Notes: a model not told the origin generated them from the letters alone. DNA of 42,957 nucleotides from an uncultured Bacteroidales bacterium (GCA_947177315.1 CAMWTX010000001.1:1-42957); one strand, 5' to 3'. Shown: positions 1 through 9,544, counted from the stretch's first letter. Translations and numbers: made by a program.

Positions 1-49
1 ATCTACACGCGTAAGATCGTCGGCAGCGTCAGATGTGTATCAGAGCCCG
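1..49. other. Illumina Nextera i5 library adapter (technical artefact, not genomic)
   Basis: nt 1-8 ATCTACAC (3' end of P5). nt 9-16 GCGTAAGA sits in the 8-nt index slot and matches my memory of index 517. nt 17-30 TCGTCGGCAGCGTC. nt 31-49 AGATGTGTATcAGAGcCcG is the Tn5 mosaic end AGATGTGTATAAGAGACAG with 3 A>C differences. Confidence 0.9.
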
Positions 50-1544
50 GTTTTCCTGCACCGGCCGGCTTCCGGAGAATGCCGCCCCAACGCACGAACC
101 CGCCCCCCTCTTTCCGCATTACGCCGACGGCATCCATATTCCCTGCAATATCGCGCCTTTGAATTTTACGCTGCCCGACACGGTAAAGAAGGCCATCATC
201 GGCATCACCTCATCGAGCGCGCGGAAAGTGTTTTCCGTAAAGCAAAAGGTATCTATCCCAATAACTTTCTGGAAAGAACTCCTGGCCGCCGCCCGAGAGG
301 GAAAACAAGACACCATCCGGCTTGAAATAGCCTTGCGCGGCGCTTCGGGAAACTATACCTCCTACCCGCCCCTGCGCTGGATTGTCTGCCCCGAGCCGAT
401 CGACCCCTACCTCTCCTACCGCTTGGTGCAGCCTACCGCCGGGGCTTACAAGGTGCTGGAACTGCGGCAGCGGTGTCTGGAAAACTTTGAGGAATCTGTT
501 TTGATTTCGAACCAAGAAATGGGCGGAAACTGCTTTAACTGCCACACCTACGACCAAGGGAACGCGGACCGCATGATGATTCACCTGCGCAAACCTTCGG
601 AAGGTTCTCTGTTTTTTGAAAACGGAAACGTGCAAAAGATCCGTCTGCCCGAAACACAAAAGGCCTTGGCGCACCTGCCCGATTCGTTGCGGATGCCGCT
701 CCATTTCGTCTATGCCGCCTGGCATCCCCAGGGACAATATATCGCTTTCTGCACCAATATCCTGGGCATTACCGGCTATGCAGCGCACCGGCAATACCTG
801 AACCTGCTCGACAGTGCCTCGAACATCCTTCTCTACCATCCGGAAAAACGGGGCATCTCTTTGCCGACCGCTCTTTGGACCGCGGATTACGAGGAAACCT
901 GGCCGGCCTGGAGCCCCGACGGGAAATGGCTCTATTTCTGCCGCGCGCCCAAAACAAGCCCCGATACCGTGGCGCGTTATCCCGAATGGGGGGAACGGGT
1001 AAAGCATATCCATTTCGATCTATGCCGTATCGCTTTTGATGCCCCAACGGGAACCTTTGCCGATTCGGTGCAGGTGGTGCTCGCTTCGGAACCCGGCAAA
1101 AGCTATTCGGTGCCAAGGCTTCATCCGGATGGAAAACACCTGCTGCTGTGCCGCAGCTTGTTCAATTCCGTGCCTTACCATGCGGAAGGGGATTTGGTGC
1201 TGCTCGACTTGAAAAATCCTCAGGATGCCTTTTCCGGCGGCAATCCGGCGGACATCCTCAATTCCGCCGAAAGCGAGAGCTGGCACGAATGGAGCGGCAA
1301 CGGAGCCTGGGTGGTGTTCGGCAGCAAGCGGCAGGACGGGCATTACACACTGCCGTATATCGCCTATTTCAACGGGGAACAGTTCGAAAAACCTTTTGTC
1401 CTGCCGCAGAAAAGCCCCCGTTTCTACCAGACTAACCTGCGGGCTTTCAACCTGCCTACCTTCGTGCGCAACGCTTCTCCGGTAACACCCCGCCTGGCGG
1501 CGCAGGGCAAAGAATCGCCGGCGCTTCCCATCGACCTGCTGTAA
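33..1544 (+). CDS. CXXCH-motif / PD40 beta-propeller lipoprotein-like protein, paralog 1 (5'-truncated by the contig end)
   Basis: The ORF's ATG at 33 lies inside the adapter, so the true N-terminus is missing. The product aligns along its length with the 3217..4812 product. It has CFNCH at nt 531-545 and PD40-type motifs WPAWSPDGKWLYF and WSGNGAWVVFGSKRQDGHY. The residues SCTG align with the lipobox cysteine region of the paralog. Confidence 0.85.
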   Translation: MCIRARFSCTGRLPENAAPTHEPAPLFPHYADGIHIPCNIAPLNFTLPDTVKKAIIGITSSSARKVFSVKQKVSIPITFWKELLAAAREGKQDTIRLEIALRGASGNYTSYPPLRWIVCPEPIDPYLSYRLVQPTAGAYKVLELRQRCLENFEESVLISNQEMGGNCFNCHTYDQGNADRMMIHLRKPSEGSLFFENGNVQKIRLPETQKALAHLPDSLRMPLHFVYAAWHPQGQYIAFCTNILGITGYAAHRQYLNLLDSASNILLYHPEKRGISLPTALWTADYEETWPAWSPDGKWLYFCRAPKTSPDTVARYPEWGERVKHIHFDLCRIAFDAPTGTFADSVQVVLASEPGKSYSVPRLHPDGKHLLLCRSLFNSVPYHAEGDLVLLDLKNPQDAFSGGNPADILNSAESESWHEWSGNGAWVVFGSKRQDGHYTLPYIAYFNGEQFEKPFVLPQKSPRFYQTNLRAFNLPTFVRNASPVTPRLAAQGKESPALPIDLL

Positions 1545-1619
1545 AATCTTTCACAATTTCTTGTTTTTTCATGCTTTTCCTCTTTCCGGAAGGAATGCTG
1601 TCTGTTATTAATAAATTTC

Positions 1620-1627
1620 TAACTTTG
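1620..1627 (+). promoter_or_regulatory. Bacteroidetes-type -7 promoter box TAACTTTG
   Basis: Exact match to TAnnTTTG, 42 nt upstream of the ATG at 1669. The nifJ box has the same sequence and spacing. Confidence 0.45.
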
Positions 1628-1668
1628 CAAAGGTTTGTCCGGAGCGGTGGCCGCTTCGGAAACAAGTT

Positions 1669-3213
1669 TTGCAGGCGGTGCGAGGAAAAAAACTACGTGC
1701 TTTTTTGCCTTATCTGGCGGCGGCCTTGCTGCTGGCGGGCGGCGGCTTATGCTTCTACGAGCTGTTCCTGAGCGTGGGGCGGCATTCTTTCTTTACTTTC
1801 CAATCGGATTTCCTGGCCTGTTTCATGCCGTGGAACGCCCATCTGTACATGTATCCGGGGCAGCCCTACGGTTCGGGGGATTTGCTCACGGCCTTTGCCG
1901 GGCAGTTCTACCGAGGCTGGGGTGCGGTGGCCTATCAGGTGGCGGCGGGTCTGCTGTGGGTGCTTCTGTTTACCTTTCTGTGCCGGATTCTGTGGGTGAA
2001 CCGCCTGCGGGAAGGCATCGGGAAAAAGCTTGTGCTTTGGGGGCTTCCGGCCTTCTGGGCCTTGGTTTTTCTGACATGCCAGGTGGGGCTCGCCTTCTCG
2101 AACCAAAATACCTACTGGGGCTTTAAAGATTACAAACTCGGGCGGATTCTGATGAAAACGGAACGCCTGGTGATGGAGAACCGTTACGAAGAAGCCTTGC
2201 AACTGGCCGACCGGTACTGGTTCTCGCATCCCTGTTCCATCGACGATGTGGTGACGGGCCGCAATTCGCTCTACGCGGGATTGTCGCAAACCGAGATTCT
2301 CTTCCGTCTTGACCTGGCGGCCTATACCCGGGTGGCTCTCCTGGGCGCGCACCGGCTCAACGAGGATTTCTTTACGTATTACCGGGTGCCCGAAATATAC
2401 GGGCAAATCGAGGAAGCGGGCGCTCCGGCGGGAACGTTGATATCGGTGTTCCGCAACCGGCTCACGGGCAACCATACGGCGGTCTATAGCCAGATCATGA
2501 ACGTGATGGAAACCGAGGGAATGAGTTATTTCCTGCTGGAACAGTCGGTTTTTTCGGCCTTGGCCTGCCAACAATACGGCTTGGCGGACAAATACATCCG
2601 CCTGCTGGAGAACACGCTCTTTTACCGCAAGGATGCCTCGCTTTACCGGCAGGTTTCGGAATACCTGCAGCACCGAACCGCAACGGCATCCCCCAAAACA
2701 CGCGCCCTGGCGGAACAAATCAAAAGGGAGCGGAACAAATCGCTGACGGACTATATCTACACCAGCGGAAGCGGGGAAGCGGAGGCGCGCGAATTATGGC
2801 GGCAACGGCCCGCGGCATCGCTCGAAAATCTGGAATATATCGCCTTGACAGACCTGCTCTACAAACGCACCGACAGCGTGATGGCGCGCATGGGCGACTA
2901 CCTGCGCCTGAGCGGACAGACCCAACCGCCTTACCGACTGCCGGCGGCCTGGCAGGAGATGCTGTTGGTGGTGGCGGAGGAACGCCGGGGGCAGCTGCCG
3001 CCTCAGGTGGAGGAATACATGCGCCATCTGGCGTGGAACAACGCGCTGGTAAAGCAGTGCCGGATGTTTTACGGAGAGAGGGAACGCTTGCGGCGCGGCA
3101 TGTCGAGCCCGCAGCAGATTACGCAGGCTTTCGGGCATACTTTTGCCTATAACTACTATTTCAGCCGTTTCGTGACGCCCCGACAGGACGGCAACCACGC
3201 TTTGGCACATTGA
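1669..3213 (+). CDS. multi-pass membrane protein with a large alpha-helical C-terminal domain, function unknown
   Basis: 514-aa ORF with about 4-5 hydrophobic helices in the first 150 aa (LPYLAAALLLAGGGLCFYELFL, VAYQVAAGLLWVLLFTFLCRILW, LVLWGLPAFWALVFLTCQVGLAF). A helical soluble region follows. From memory it resembles the Bacteroidetes DUF6057 type; this is unverified. Its stop codon is 3 nt before the next ATG. Confidence 0.8.
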   Translation: MQAVRGKKLRAFLPYLAAALLLAGGGLCFYELFLSVGRHSFFTFQSDFLACFMPWNAHLYMYPGQPYGSGDLLTAFAGQFYRGWGAVAYQVAAGLLWVLLFTFLCRILWVNRLREGIGKKLVLWGLPAFWALVFLTCQVGLAFSNQNTYWGFKDYKLGRILMKTERLVMENRYEEALQLADRYWFSHPCSIDDVVTGRNSLYAGLSQTEILFRLDLAAYTRVALLGAHRLNEDFFTYYRVPEIYGQIEEAGAPAGTLISVFRNRLTGNHTAVYSQIMNVMETEGMSYFLLEQSVFSALACQQYGLADKYIRLLENTLFYRKDASLYRQVSEYLQHRTATASPKTRALAEQIKRERNKSLTDYIYTSGSGEAEARELWRQRPAASLENLEYIALTDLLYKRTDSVMARMGDYLRLSGQTQPPYRLPAAWQEMLLVVAEERRGQLPPQVEEYMRHLAWNNALVKQCRMFYGERERLRRGMSSPQQITQAFGHTFAYNYYFSRFVTPRQDGNHALAH

Positions 3214-3216
3214 CGG

Positions 3217-4812
3217 ATGAAGACTTTCTTTTTTTTCTTGGGTAAATTTTTATGCTGCGGTGGGCTGTTGCTCTCTTCCTGCACCTGCCGGCCTCCGCAA
3301 GATAGCGTGGCGAAAAGCCTCGAAAGCGCGCCTCTCTTTCCCGATTACGAAGACGGAACGCATATCCCCTGCAATATCGCGCCCTTGAATTTCAGGCTTC
3401 CCGACACGGTAAAAACGGCGTGGCTGGAAATCCGGTCGTCTTCGGCGCAAAAAGCCTTTAAAACGGATAAAAACGTGGTTTTTCCGCTCAGATTCTGGAA
3501 ACGGCTCACGGCGGCCGCCCGGGAAAGACAGGATACGGTAAGGCTTTGCATCACCGTGCGCGGCATCTCGGGAAATTATACCTCCTATCCGCCCCTGCGC
3601 TGGATTGTCTGCCCCGAACCGATCGACCCCTATCTCACCTACCGCCTGCTGCCGTCGGTGGAGGGGGCTTACAGTGTCGGTAAAGGGGGTTACAACGTGA
3701 TGGAACTCCGCGAAAGGCATCTGGAGGATTTCGGGGAACGGGTCTTGCTTTCCAATGAGAACATGCGGCGGAACTGTTTCAACTGCCATACCTCACCGGC
3801 CGGAAACCCGGATAAAATGCTGGTGCATCTGCGCCGTCCGTCGGAGGGTTCGCTGTTTTTCGAGGGCGAGAACGTATCGAAAAAAGTGCCGCCGGCCCTG
3901 GAAAAAGCCGGACTGGAACTGCCCGACTCGCTGCGGATGCCCTTAAGTTTCGTCTATCCGGCCTGGCATCCAAAAGAAGAATGGATTGCCTTGAGCACCA
4001 ATATGATAGGCATCAACGGCTATACGCCGCAGCATCAGTACGTGGATATTCTCGACAGTGCCTGCAATATCGTGCTGTACAACACCCGTACCGACCAAAT
4101 CGTACTGGACCGGGCGCTCTGGACCGCGGATTACGAGGAAACCTGGCCGGCCTGGAGCCCTGACGGGAAATGGCTCTATTTCTGCCGCGCGCCCAAGACA
4201 AGCCCCGATACTGTGGCGCGTTATCCCGAAATAGGAGAACGGGTAAGGCATATCCGTTTCGACCTATGCCGTATCGCCTTTGATGCCTCAACGGGAACTT
4301 TTGCCGATTCGGTGCAGACGCTCCTATATGCCGCACCGGGTTGCAGCTATTCGATGCCGCGCGTACGGCCCGACGGCAAGGGGGTGTTGCTCTGCCGCGC
4401 CCTGTTCAACTCCATTCCCTACCACGCTTTGGGCGATCTGCTGTATCTCCGCACGGAGGGTTTGGAGAAACAAGATTCCGCCTCGGACGGGTCGGAAAAC
4501 CCGGCGGATATCCTGAACTCCGAAGAAAGCGAGAGCTGGCACGACTGGAGCGGCAACGGGGCCTGGGTGGTGTTCGGCAGCAAGCGGCAGAACGGCCACT
4601 ATGAACTGCCGTATATCGCCTATTTCGACGGGGAACATTTCGGAAAGCCTTTCCTGTTGCCGCAGAAGAACGGAAATTTTTACCATGCCAACCTGCGGCT
4701 GTTCAACCTGCCCACTTTCGCACGGGCGGCCTCGCCGGTCTGCCCCCGTCTGGCGGCGGAGGGCAAAGATTTGCCGGCACAGGAAATCGAACTGCGCCTG
4801 GGGGCAAAATAA
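3217..4812 (+). CDS. CXXCH-motif / PD40 beta-propeller lipoprotein, paralog 2 (full length)
   Basis: Signal peptide with lipobox-like end (MKTFFFFLGKFLCCGGLLLSSC). CFNCH at nt 3775-3789. PD40/TolB-like motifs WPAWSPDGKWLYF and WSGNGAWVVFGSKRQNGHY. Translationally coupled to the upstream membrane protein gene. Confidence 0.85.
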   Translation: MKTFFFFLGKFLCCGGLLLSSCTCRPPQDSVAKSLESAPLFPDYEDGTHIPCNIAPLNFRLPDTVKTAWLEIRSSSAQKAFKTDKNVVFPLRFWKRLTAAARERQDTVRLCITVRGISGNYTSYPPLRWIVCPEPIDPYLTYRLLPSVEGAYSVGKGGYNVMELRERHLEDFGERVLLSNENMRRNCFNCHTSPAGNPDKMLVHLRRPSEGSLFFEGENVSKKVPPALEKAGLELPDSLRMPLSFVYPAWHPKEEWIALSTNMIGINGYTPQHQYVDILDSACNIVLYNTRTDQIVLDRALWTADYEETWPAWSPDGKWLYFCRAPKTSPDTVARYPEIGERVRHIRFDLCRIAFDASTGTFADSVQTLLYAAPGCSYSMPRVRPDGKGVLLCRALFNSIPYHALGDLLYLRTEGLEKQDSASDGSENPADILNSEESESWHDWSGNGAWVVFGSKRQNGHYELPYIAYFDGEHFGKPFLLPQKNGNFYHANLRLFNLPTFARAASPVCPRLAAEGKDLPAQEIELRLGAK

Positions 4813-4815
4813 GGG

Positions 4816-7611
4816 CTATTTTTTCTTGAGAAGCCGTTTTATTTCGTCTAACTTATTGAGTGCCTGAATCGGCGTAAGGCTATCGACATCCAAATCCAGA
4901 ATCTCGTCGCGGATTTTTTCGAGCAAAGGATCGTCTAATTGGATAAAGCTGAGTTGATAGGGTTTATCCGTTTTGTTATCAGTGTTTTCAGGACTTCCCG
5001 AAAGGAGTTTTCCGGGGGTTTTGGCCTGCGGAGAATCGGCTGTATCTCCGCCGGCGGGCATCGGGGCGGCTGTGGAAGCGGCAGAAGAAGACAAAATGGC
5101 AGGAATTCCGCCTTCCGGATGCCGGTCGCGTTCCAGGTCGGCGAGCATTTCCTGAGCGCGGTCGAGCACGAATTTCGGCATCCCCGCCATCTGCGCCACA
5201 TGAATCCCGAAACTGTGTTCCGAACCGCCTTGCGCCAAGGTGCGCAAAAAAATCATCTTGCCGTTTTCTTCCTTGACCCGGATATGGTGGTTCTCGATAT
5301 GCGGAAATGTCTCCGCCATGCGGTTGAGTTCGTGGTAATGCGTGGCAAAGAGCACTTTGGCTTCCTTACGGGGCTGTTCGTGCAGGTATTCGGCAATCGC
5401 CCAGGCAATGGAAATGCCGTCGTAAGTGCTTGTACCCCTGCCTATTTCGTCGAGAAGAACCAGGGAGCGCGCCGTTAAGTTGTTGAGAATGTTGGCCGTT
5501 TCGTTCATCTCCACCATGAACGTACTTTCGCCCAGGGCAATGTTGTCGGTGGCACCGACACGGGTAAAAATCTTGTCAACCAAGCCGATAACGGCTTCCT
5601 GCGCCGGCACGAAACAACCCATCTGCGCCATGAGCACTATCAGCGCAGTCTGCCGTAGCACCGCCGACTTACCCGACATATTGGGGCCGGTAATCATCAT
5701 GATGCGGCAAGCGTCGTGCCTGAACGTAATGTCGTTGGGTACGTATTTCTGCCCGGCAGGCATGTGTCTTTCGATTACCGGATGCCTGCCCTGCTTGATG
5801 TATAAATCGTAGTGGTCAACTACCTTGGGGCGCACGTATTCATTCTGTGCCGCCACATCGGCAAACGACAGCATAACATCCAAAAAAGCAATGTTCTGCA
5901 CCGATGTCTGCATACGTTTTATAAAGCCGTTGGCAAAGGTCTGCACGGCTTGGTAAAGGCGGGCTTCGAGCGTAGTGATTTTTTCCTGCGCCGTAAGTAC
6001 TTTTTCTTCGTAAACCTTCAGGTCTTCGGTGGTGTAGCGCTCGGCGTTGGTTAGGGTCTGTTTACGTACCCACGAAGCGGGCACTTTGTCTTTGTGCGAC
6101 TGACTTACCTCAAAATAATAGCCATAGACGTTGTTGAAGCCTATCTTGAGTGTGGAAATGCCGGTGTTCTTCTGTTCCTGCTGCTGGAGTTCAGACAGAT
6201 ACTCCCTGCCCGAAAAGGCTATTTTGCGCAATTCGTCGAGCTCGGCGTCCGCGCCCCGGGCAATCACGTTGCCTTTGGAAAGCATGGCGGGGGCTTCGGC
6301 ATCGAGCCATTTTTCGAGATATTCGGAGAGTTCCCGGCAGGAATCCAGGTCTTTTATCCTGTTGTACAGCACATTGTCTTGAGCGGAGGCGATGTTTTCC
6401 CGAGCCCAGGCAATGATTTTTTCCAATACGTCCAAAGACAGTTTGAGCTGCCAGAGCTCGCGCGGCTGTATCTTCATGGCCGCCACTTTCGACAGCATGC
6501 GTTCCAGATCGCCGATCCGGGCGAGGGAATCGCGCAGGGCGGCGGCGTGTTCGCGGTTTTGGAACAGGTATTCCACATGCGAAAGCCGGTAATCGATTTC
6601 CTGAACGTCTTTGAGCGGCAGGCATATCATGCGGCGCAACAGGCGCGAGCCCATCGGGGTGTTGGTCTGGTTCAGCACCGCATACAGCGAGTTCTGTGCC
6701 TGCACATCGGCATCCACGTAAGAGGCCGAGGGCTGGAGCAACTCCAGATTACGTAGGGTGAACGCGTCCATCCACACATACTTTTCTTCTGCGATTTTTT
6801 GCAGGGAAGATACGTGTGCGGAAAGTTCGTGCTTGCTCTCAATTAAGTAGTGCAGACAGGCGGCGGCCGCTATCTGCGCTGCCGGCATATCCTCCACACC
6901 GAAACCTTTCAACGAATTGGTTTTGAAGTGCTCCAACAGGAGTTTTTTGGCAAAGTCGGGCTTGAAAACCCAGTCTTCGAATACTGTAATATAGTAGCGG
7001 TTTCCGAAAAGGCGGCAGAATTCGTCGCGGTACGTTTTCGGCATCACGACTTCGGAGGGTTGAAAATTGTCCAGCAACTTTTGGATATATTCTTCGTTGC
7101 CTTCCGCCACAAAGAATTCGCCCGTACTTACATCCAGGAACGAAATGCCGTATTTTGTTTTGGAAAAGGGGGCGAGGCCGCAGAGAAAATTGTTTTTTCC
7201 GGTTTCCAGCAACCGGTCGTTCATGGCGATGCCCGGCGTGATGAGCTCGCTCACGCCCCGCTTCACGAGTTTTTTGGTGAGCTTGGGGTCTTCCAGCTGT
7301 TCGCAGATGGCCACCTTGCCGCCGGCTTTCACCAGTTTGTAAAGGTAGGTTTCCAGCGCATGGTGGGGAAATCCCGCCAGTTCGGTATAGGTATGGGCGC
7401 CGCTGGCCTTGCGGGTCAAAACGATGTTCAGCACCTTGGAGGCGAACACGGCGTCTTCGCCGAAGGTTTCGTAAAAGTCGCCCACCCGGAACAGGAGAAC
7501 CGCCTCCGGATGCTGCCGTTTGATTTCGTAATACTGCTTCATCAAAGGCGTTTCCACAAACTTTTCCTTGTCTCCTTTTTCCTTGGAGCGGTTTTCCTTC
7601 TTTTCCTGCAT
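4816..7611 (-). CDS. mutS: DNA mismatch repair protein MutS
   Basis: N-terminal TPLMKQYYEIKRQHPEAVLLFRVGDFYETF and Walker A GPNMSGKS in ITGPNMSGKSAVLRQTALIVLMAQMGCFVPA. The ORF is open up to 7665, but I prefer Met at 7611 because a TATTTTTG -7 box (7663-7670) lies inside the 18-codon extension. Confidence 0.95.
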   Translation of the reverse strand: MQEKKENRSKEKGDKEKFVETPLMKQYYEIKRQHPEAVLLFRVGDFYETFGEDAVFASKVLNIVLTRKASGAHTYTELAGFPHHALETYLYKLVKAGGKVAICEQLEDPKLTKKLVKRGVSELITPGIAMNDRLLETGKNNFLCGLAPFSKTKYGISFLDVSTGEFFVAEGNEEYIQKLLDNFQPSEVVMPKTYRDEFCRLFGNRYYITVFEDWVFKPDFAKKLLLEHFKTNSLKGFGVEDMPAAQIAAAACLHYLIESKHELSAHVSSLQKIAEEKYVWMDAFTLRNLELLQPSASYVDADVQAQNSLYAVLNQTNTPMGSRLLRRMICLPLKDVQEIDYRLSHVEYLFQNREHAAALRDSLARIGDLERMLSKVAAMKIQPRELWQLKLSLDVLEKIIAWARENIASAQDNVLYNRIKDLDSCRELSEYLEKWLDAEAPAMLSKGNVIARGADAELDELRKIAFSGREYLSELQQQEQKNTGISTLKIGFNNVYGYYFEVSQSHKDKVPASWVRKQTLTNAERYTTEDLKVYEEKVLTAQEKITTLEARLYQAVQTFANGFIKRMQTSVQNIAFLDVMLSFADVAAQNEYVRPKVVDHYDLYIKQGRHPVIERHMPAGQKYVPNDITFRHDACRIMMITGPNMSGKSAVLRQTALIVLMAQMGCFVPAQEAVIGLVDKIFTRVGATDNIALGESTFMVEMNETANILNNLTARSLVLLDEIGRGTSTYDGISIAWAIAEYLHEQPRKEAKVLFATHYHELNRMAETFPHIENHHIRVKEENGKMIFLRTLAQGGSEHSFGIHVAQMAGMPKFVLDRAQEMLADLERDRHPEGGIPAILSSSAASTAAPMPAGGDTADSPQAKTPGKLLSGSPENTDNKTDKPYQLSFIQLDDPLLEKIRDEILDLDVDSLTPIQALNKLDEIKRLLKKK

Positions 7612-7662
7612 CTTGTCTTTTATTCCCAACGTTTTTGTTAAGCCGCGGCTATAAACCAAGGG

Positions 7663-7670
7663 CAAAAATA
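7663..7670 (-). promoter_or_regulatory. candidate -7 box TATTTTTG for mutS
   Basis: The plus strand reads CAAAAATA, the reverse complement of a TAnnTTTG match, about 52 nt upstream of ATG 7611. Confidence 0.35.
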
Positions 7671-7672
7671 AT

Positions 7673-9544
7673 CTATTTGTTGAGCCAAATCAAAAGCACC
7701 GAAATATCGGCGGGCGAAACCCCCGGAATCCGGGAGGCCTGGCCGAGCGTGGCGGGCTTGATCCGGCTCAGTTTCTCGCGCGCCTCATATGAGAGCGAAA
7801 GTATCGAGCGATAGTCGAAGTCGGGTTTAAGCGGCAGATCATCGTACTTGGAAAGCCGCGCCGCGTTCTCTTCTTCCTTGCGGATATACGAGTTGTATTT
7901 CATGCTGATCTCCACTTCTTCCAAGAGTTCGCGGTAATAGGGTTTTTTGCGGTTCTTCCCGATATAGGCGGCAAGCCCTTCGTCTAACTGCATGAGTTGC
8001 GCAAGGTTTATCTGCGGACGTTGCAGCAGGGCTTCCAAACTCGTTTTCTGCGTCAGGGCGGAAGTGCCGTATTCCAACAGTTTTCCGTTTACCTTTTCGG
8101 GTTCCGCCTTATGGCTGCCGATATACGTTTTTATTTTTTCGCCGTACGATTTTTTCTCTTCCAGACGCCGCATCCTTTCTTCTTTGGCCAGACCCAAATC
8201 ATAAGACAAAGGCGTAAGGCGTTCATCGGCGTTATCCTGCCGCAACAGAATACGGTATTCGGCACGGGAGGTAAACATACGGTAGGGCTCGTCCACGCCT
8301 TTGGTCACCAAATCGTCTATCAGCACGCCGATATAGGCCTGGGAGCGGTTGAGCACGAAAGGAGCCTGGCCATTTATCTTCAAGTGGGCATTGATTCCCG
8401 CCATGAAACCCTGGCCGGCGGCTTCTTCATAACCGGTGGTACCGTTTACCTGGCCGGCGAAATAAAGGTGGTTCACCCGTTTGGTCTCCAAGGTCGGCTT
8501 GAGTTGGGTGGGATCAAAATAATCGTATTCGATAGCGTAGCCCGGACGGAAAATTTTTGCATTCTCAAAACCTACGATTTTATGCAGGGCCGCCATTTGG
8601 GTCTCTTCGGGCAGGGAGGAAGAAAAACCATTCAGATAATACTCCTGGCTGCCGCGGCCACAGGGTTCAAAAAACAACTGATGTTTGTCTTTGTCGGCAA
8701 AGCGGTCTATCTTGTCTTCTATCGAGGGGCAGTAACGCGGGCCGCGGCCTTTGATTCGGCCGGCAAACATGGGCGATTTGTCGAAACCGGTGCGGAGAAT
8801 ATCATGCACCTGGGGATTGGTGTATGCCAAAAAGCACGACATCTGTTCCTGCACGCAAGGGGTATCGGTAAACGAAAACCGGCCCGGTTCCTCATCGCCT
8901 TTCTGTTCCGCCAGCACCGAAAAATCCACGGTGCGGGCATCCACACGCACAGGGGTTCCCGTCTTGAGGCTTTCCACTTGGAAACCGCGTTCCTTTAATT
9001 GTTCGCTCAAACCGAAAGAAGCGCTCTCGCCTATCCTGCCGCCCGAATAAGATTTTTCGCCGATATGGATTTTTCCGTTTAGAAAAGTGCCGCCGGTAAG
9101 GATAACCGCCTTGGCATGAATTTCTGCACCGCAGAGGGTACGCACACCCACCACCTCATCTTGCTTTAAAAGGAAGGCCGTTACCGTATCCTGACGAATA
9201 TCCAGATTCGGAACCGTTTCGAGTTGCGCCCGCCAGTGGGCGGAAAAACGCCACATATCGCATTGAGCCCGCGGGCTCCACATGGCAGGGCCTTTGGAAC
9301 GGTTCAGCATACGGAACTGTAAAGTGGAAAGGTCGGTAACGATACCGGAGTAACCGCCCATCGCATCGATTTCGCGTACAATCTGTCCTTTGGCCACACC
9401 GCCCATCGCCGGATTGCACGACATATACGCCATGCGGTCTATCTGCATGCTCAACAGCAACACCCGGCTGCCCAAATTGGCTGCCGCCGCTGCCGCCTCA
9501 CATCCGGCATGGCCACCTCCCACTACAATAACATTGTATTCCAT
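7673..9544 (-). CDS. mnmG: tRNA uridine 5-carboxymethylaminomethyl modification enzyme MnmG (GidA)
   Basis: 623 aa. N-terminal FAD fold [23 protein letters not shown]. Typical GidA blocks [11 protein letters not shown] and [20 protein letters not shown]. Confidence 0.95.
   Translation of the reverse strand: MEYNVIVVGGGHAGCEAAAAAANLGSRVLLLSMQIDRMAYMSCNPAMGGVAKGQIVREIDAMGGYSGIVTDLSTLQFRMLNRSKGPAMWSPRAQCDMWRFSAHWRAQLETVPNLDIRQDTVTAFLLKQDEVVGVRTLCGAEIHAKAVILTGGTFLNGKIHIGEKSYSGGRIGESASFGLSEQLKERGFQVESLKTGTPVRVDARTVDFSVLAEQKGDEEPGRFSFTDTPCVQEQMSCFLAYTNPQVHDILRTGFDKSPMFAGRIKGRGPRYCPSIEDKIDRFADKDKHQLFFEPCGRGSQEYYLNGFSSSLPEETQMAALHKIVGFENAKIFRPGYAIEYDYFDPTQLKPTLETKRVNHLYFAGQVNGTTGYEEAAGQGFMAGINAHLKINGQAPFVLNRSQAYIGVLIDDLVTKGVDEPYRMFTSRAEYRILLRQDNADERLTPLSYDLGLAKEERMRRLEEKKSYGEKIKTYIGSHKAEPEKVNGKLLEYGTSALTQKTSLEALLQRPQINLAQLMQLDEGLAAYIGKNRKKPYYRELLEEVEISMKYNSYIRKEEENAARLSKYDDLPLKPDFDYRSILSLSYEAREKLSRIKPATLGQASRIPGVSPADISVLLIWLNK

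Noticed and set aside
33-50. The ATG at 33 as the genuine start of the first CDS.
   Set aside because: The ATG is part of the Tn5 mosaic-end adapter sequence. The paralog alignment shows the real protein continues upstream with a signal peptide that is missing.
3229-3236. A T8 homopolymer inside the signal-peptide codons of the lipoprotein gene as a slipped-strand phase-variation switch.
   Set aside because: Eight T residues is short for efficient slippage. The run simply encodes FFFF in a hydrophobic signal peptide, and a single assembly shows no evidence of length heterogeneity.
7612-7665. An 18-codon N-terminal extension of mutS (MPLVYSRGLTKTLGIKDK).
   Set aside because: A TAnnTTTG-type -7 box (7663-7670) lies within it, so transcription probably starts downstream of 7665. 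Conserved MutS sequence begins shortly after Met 7611.
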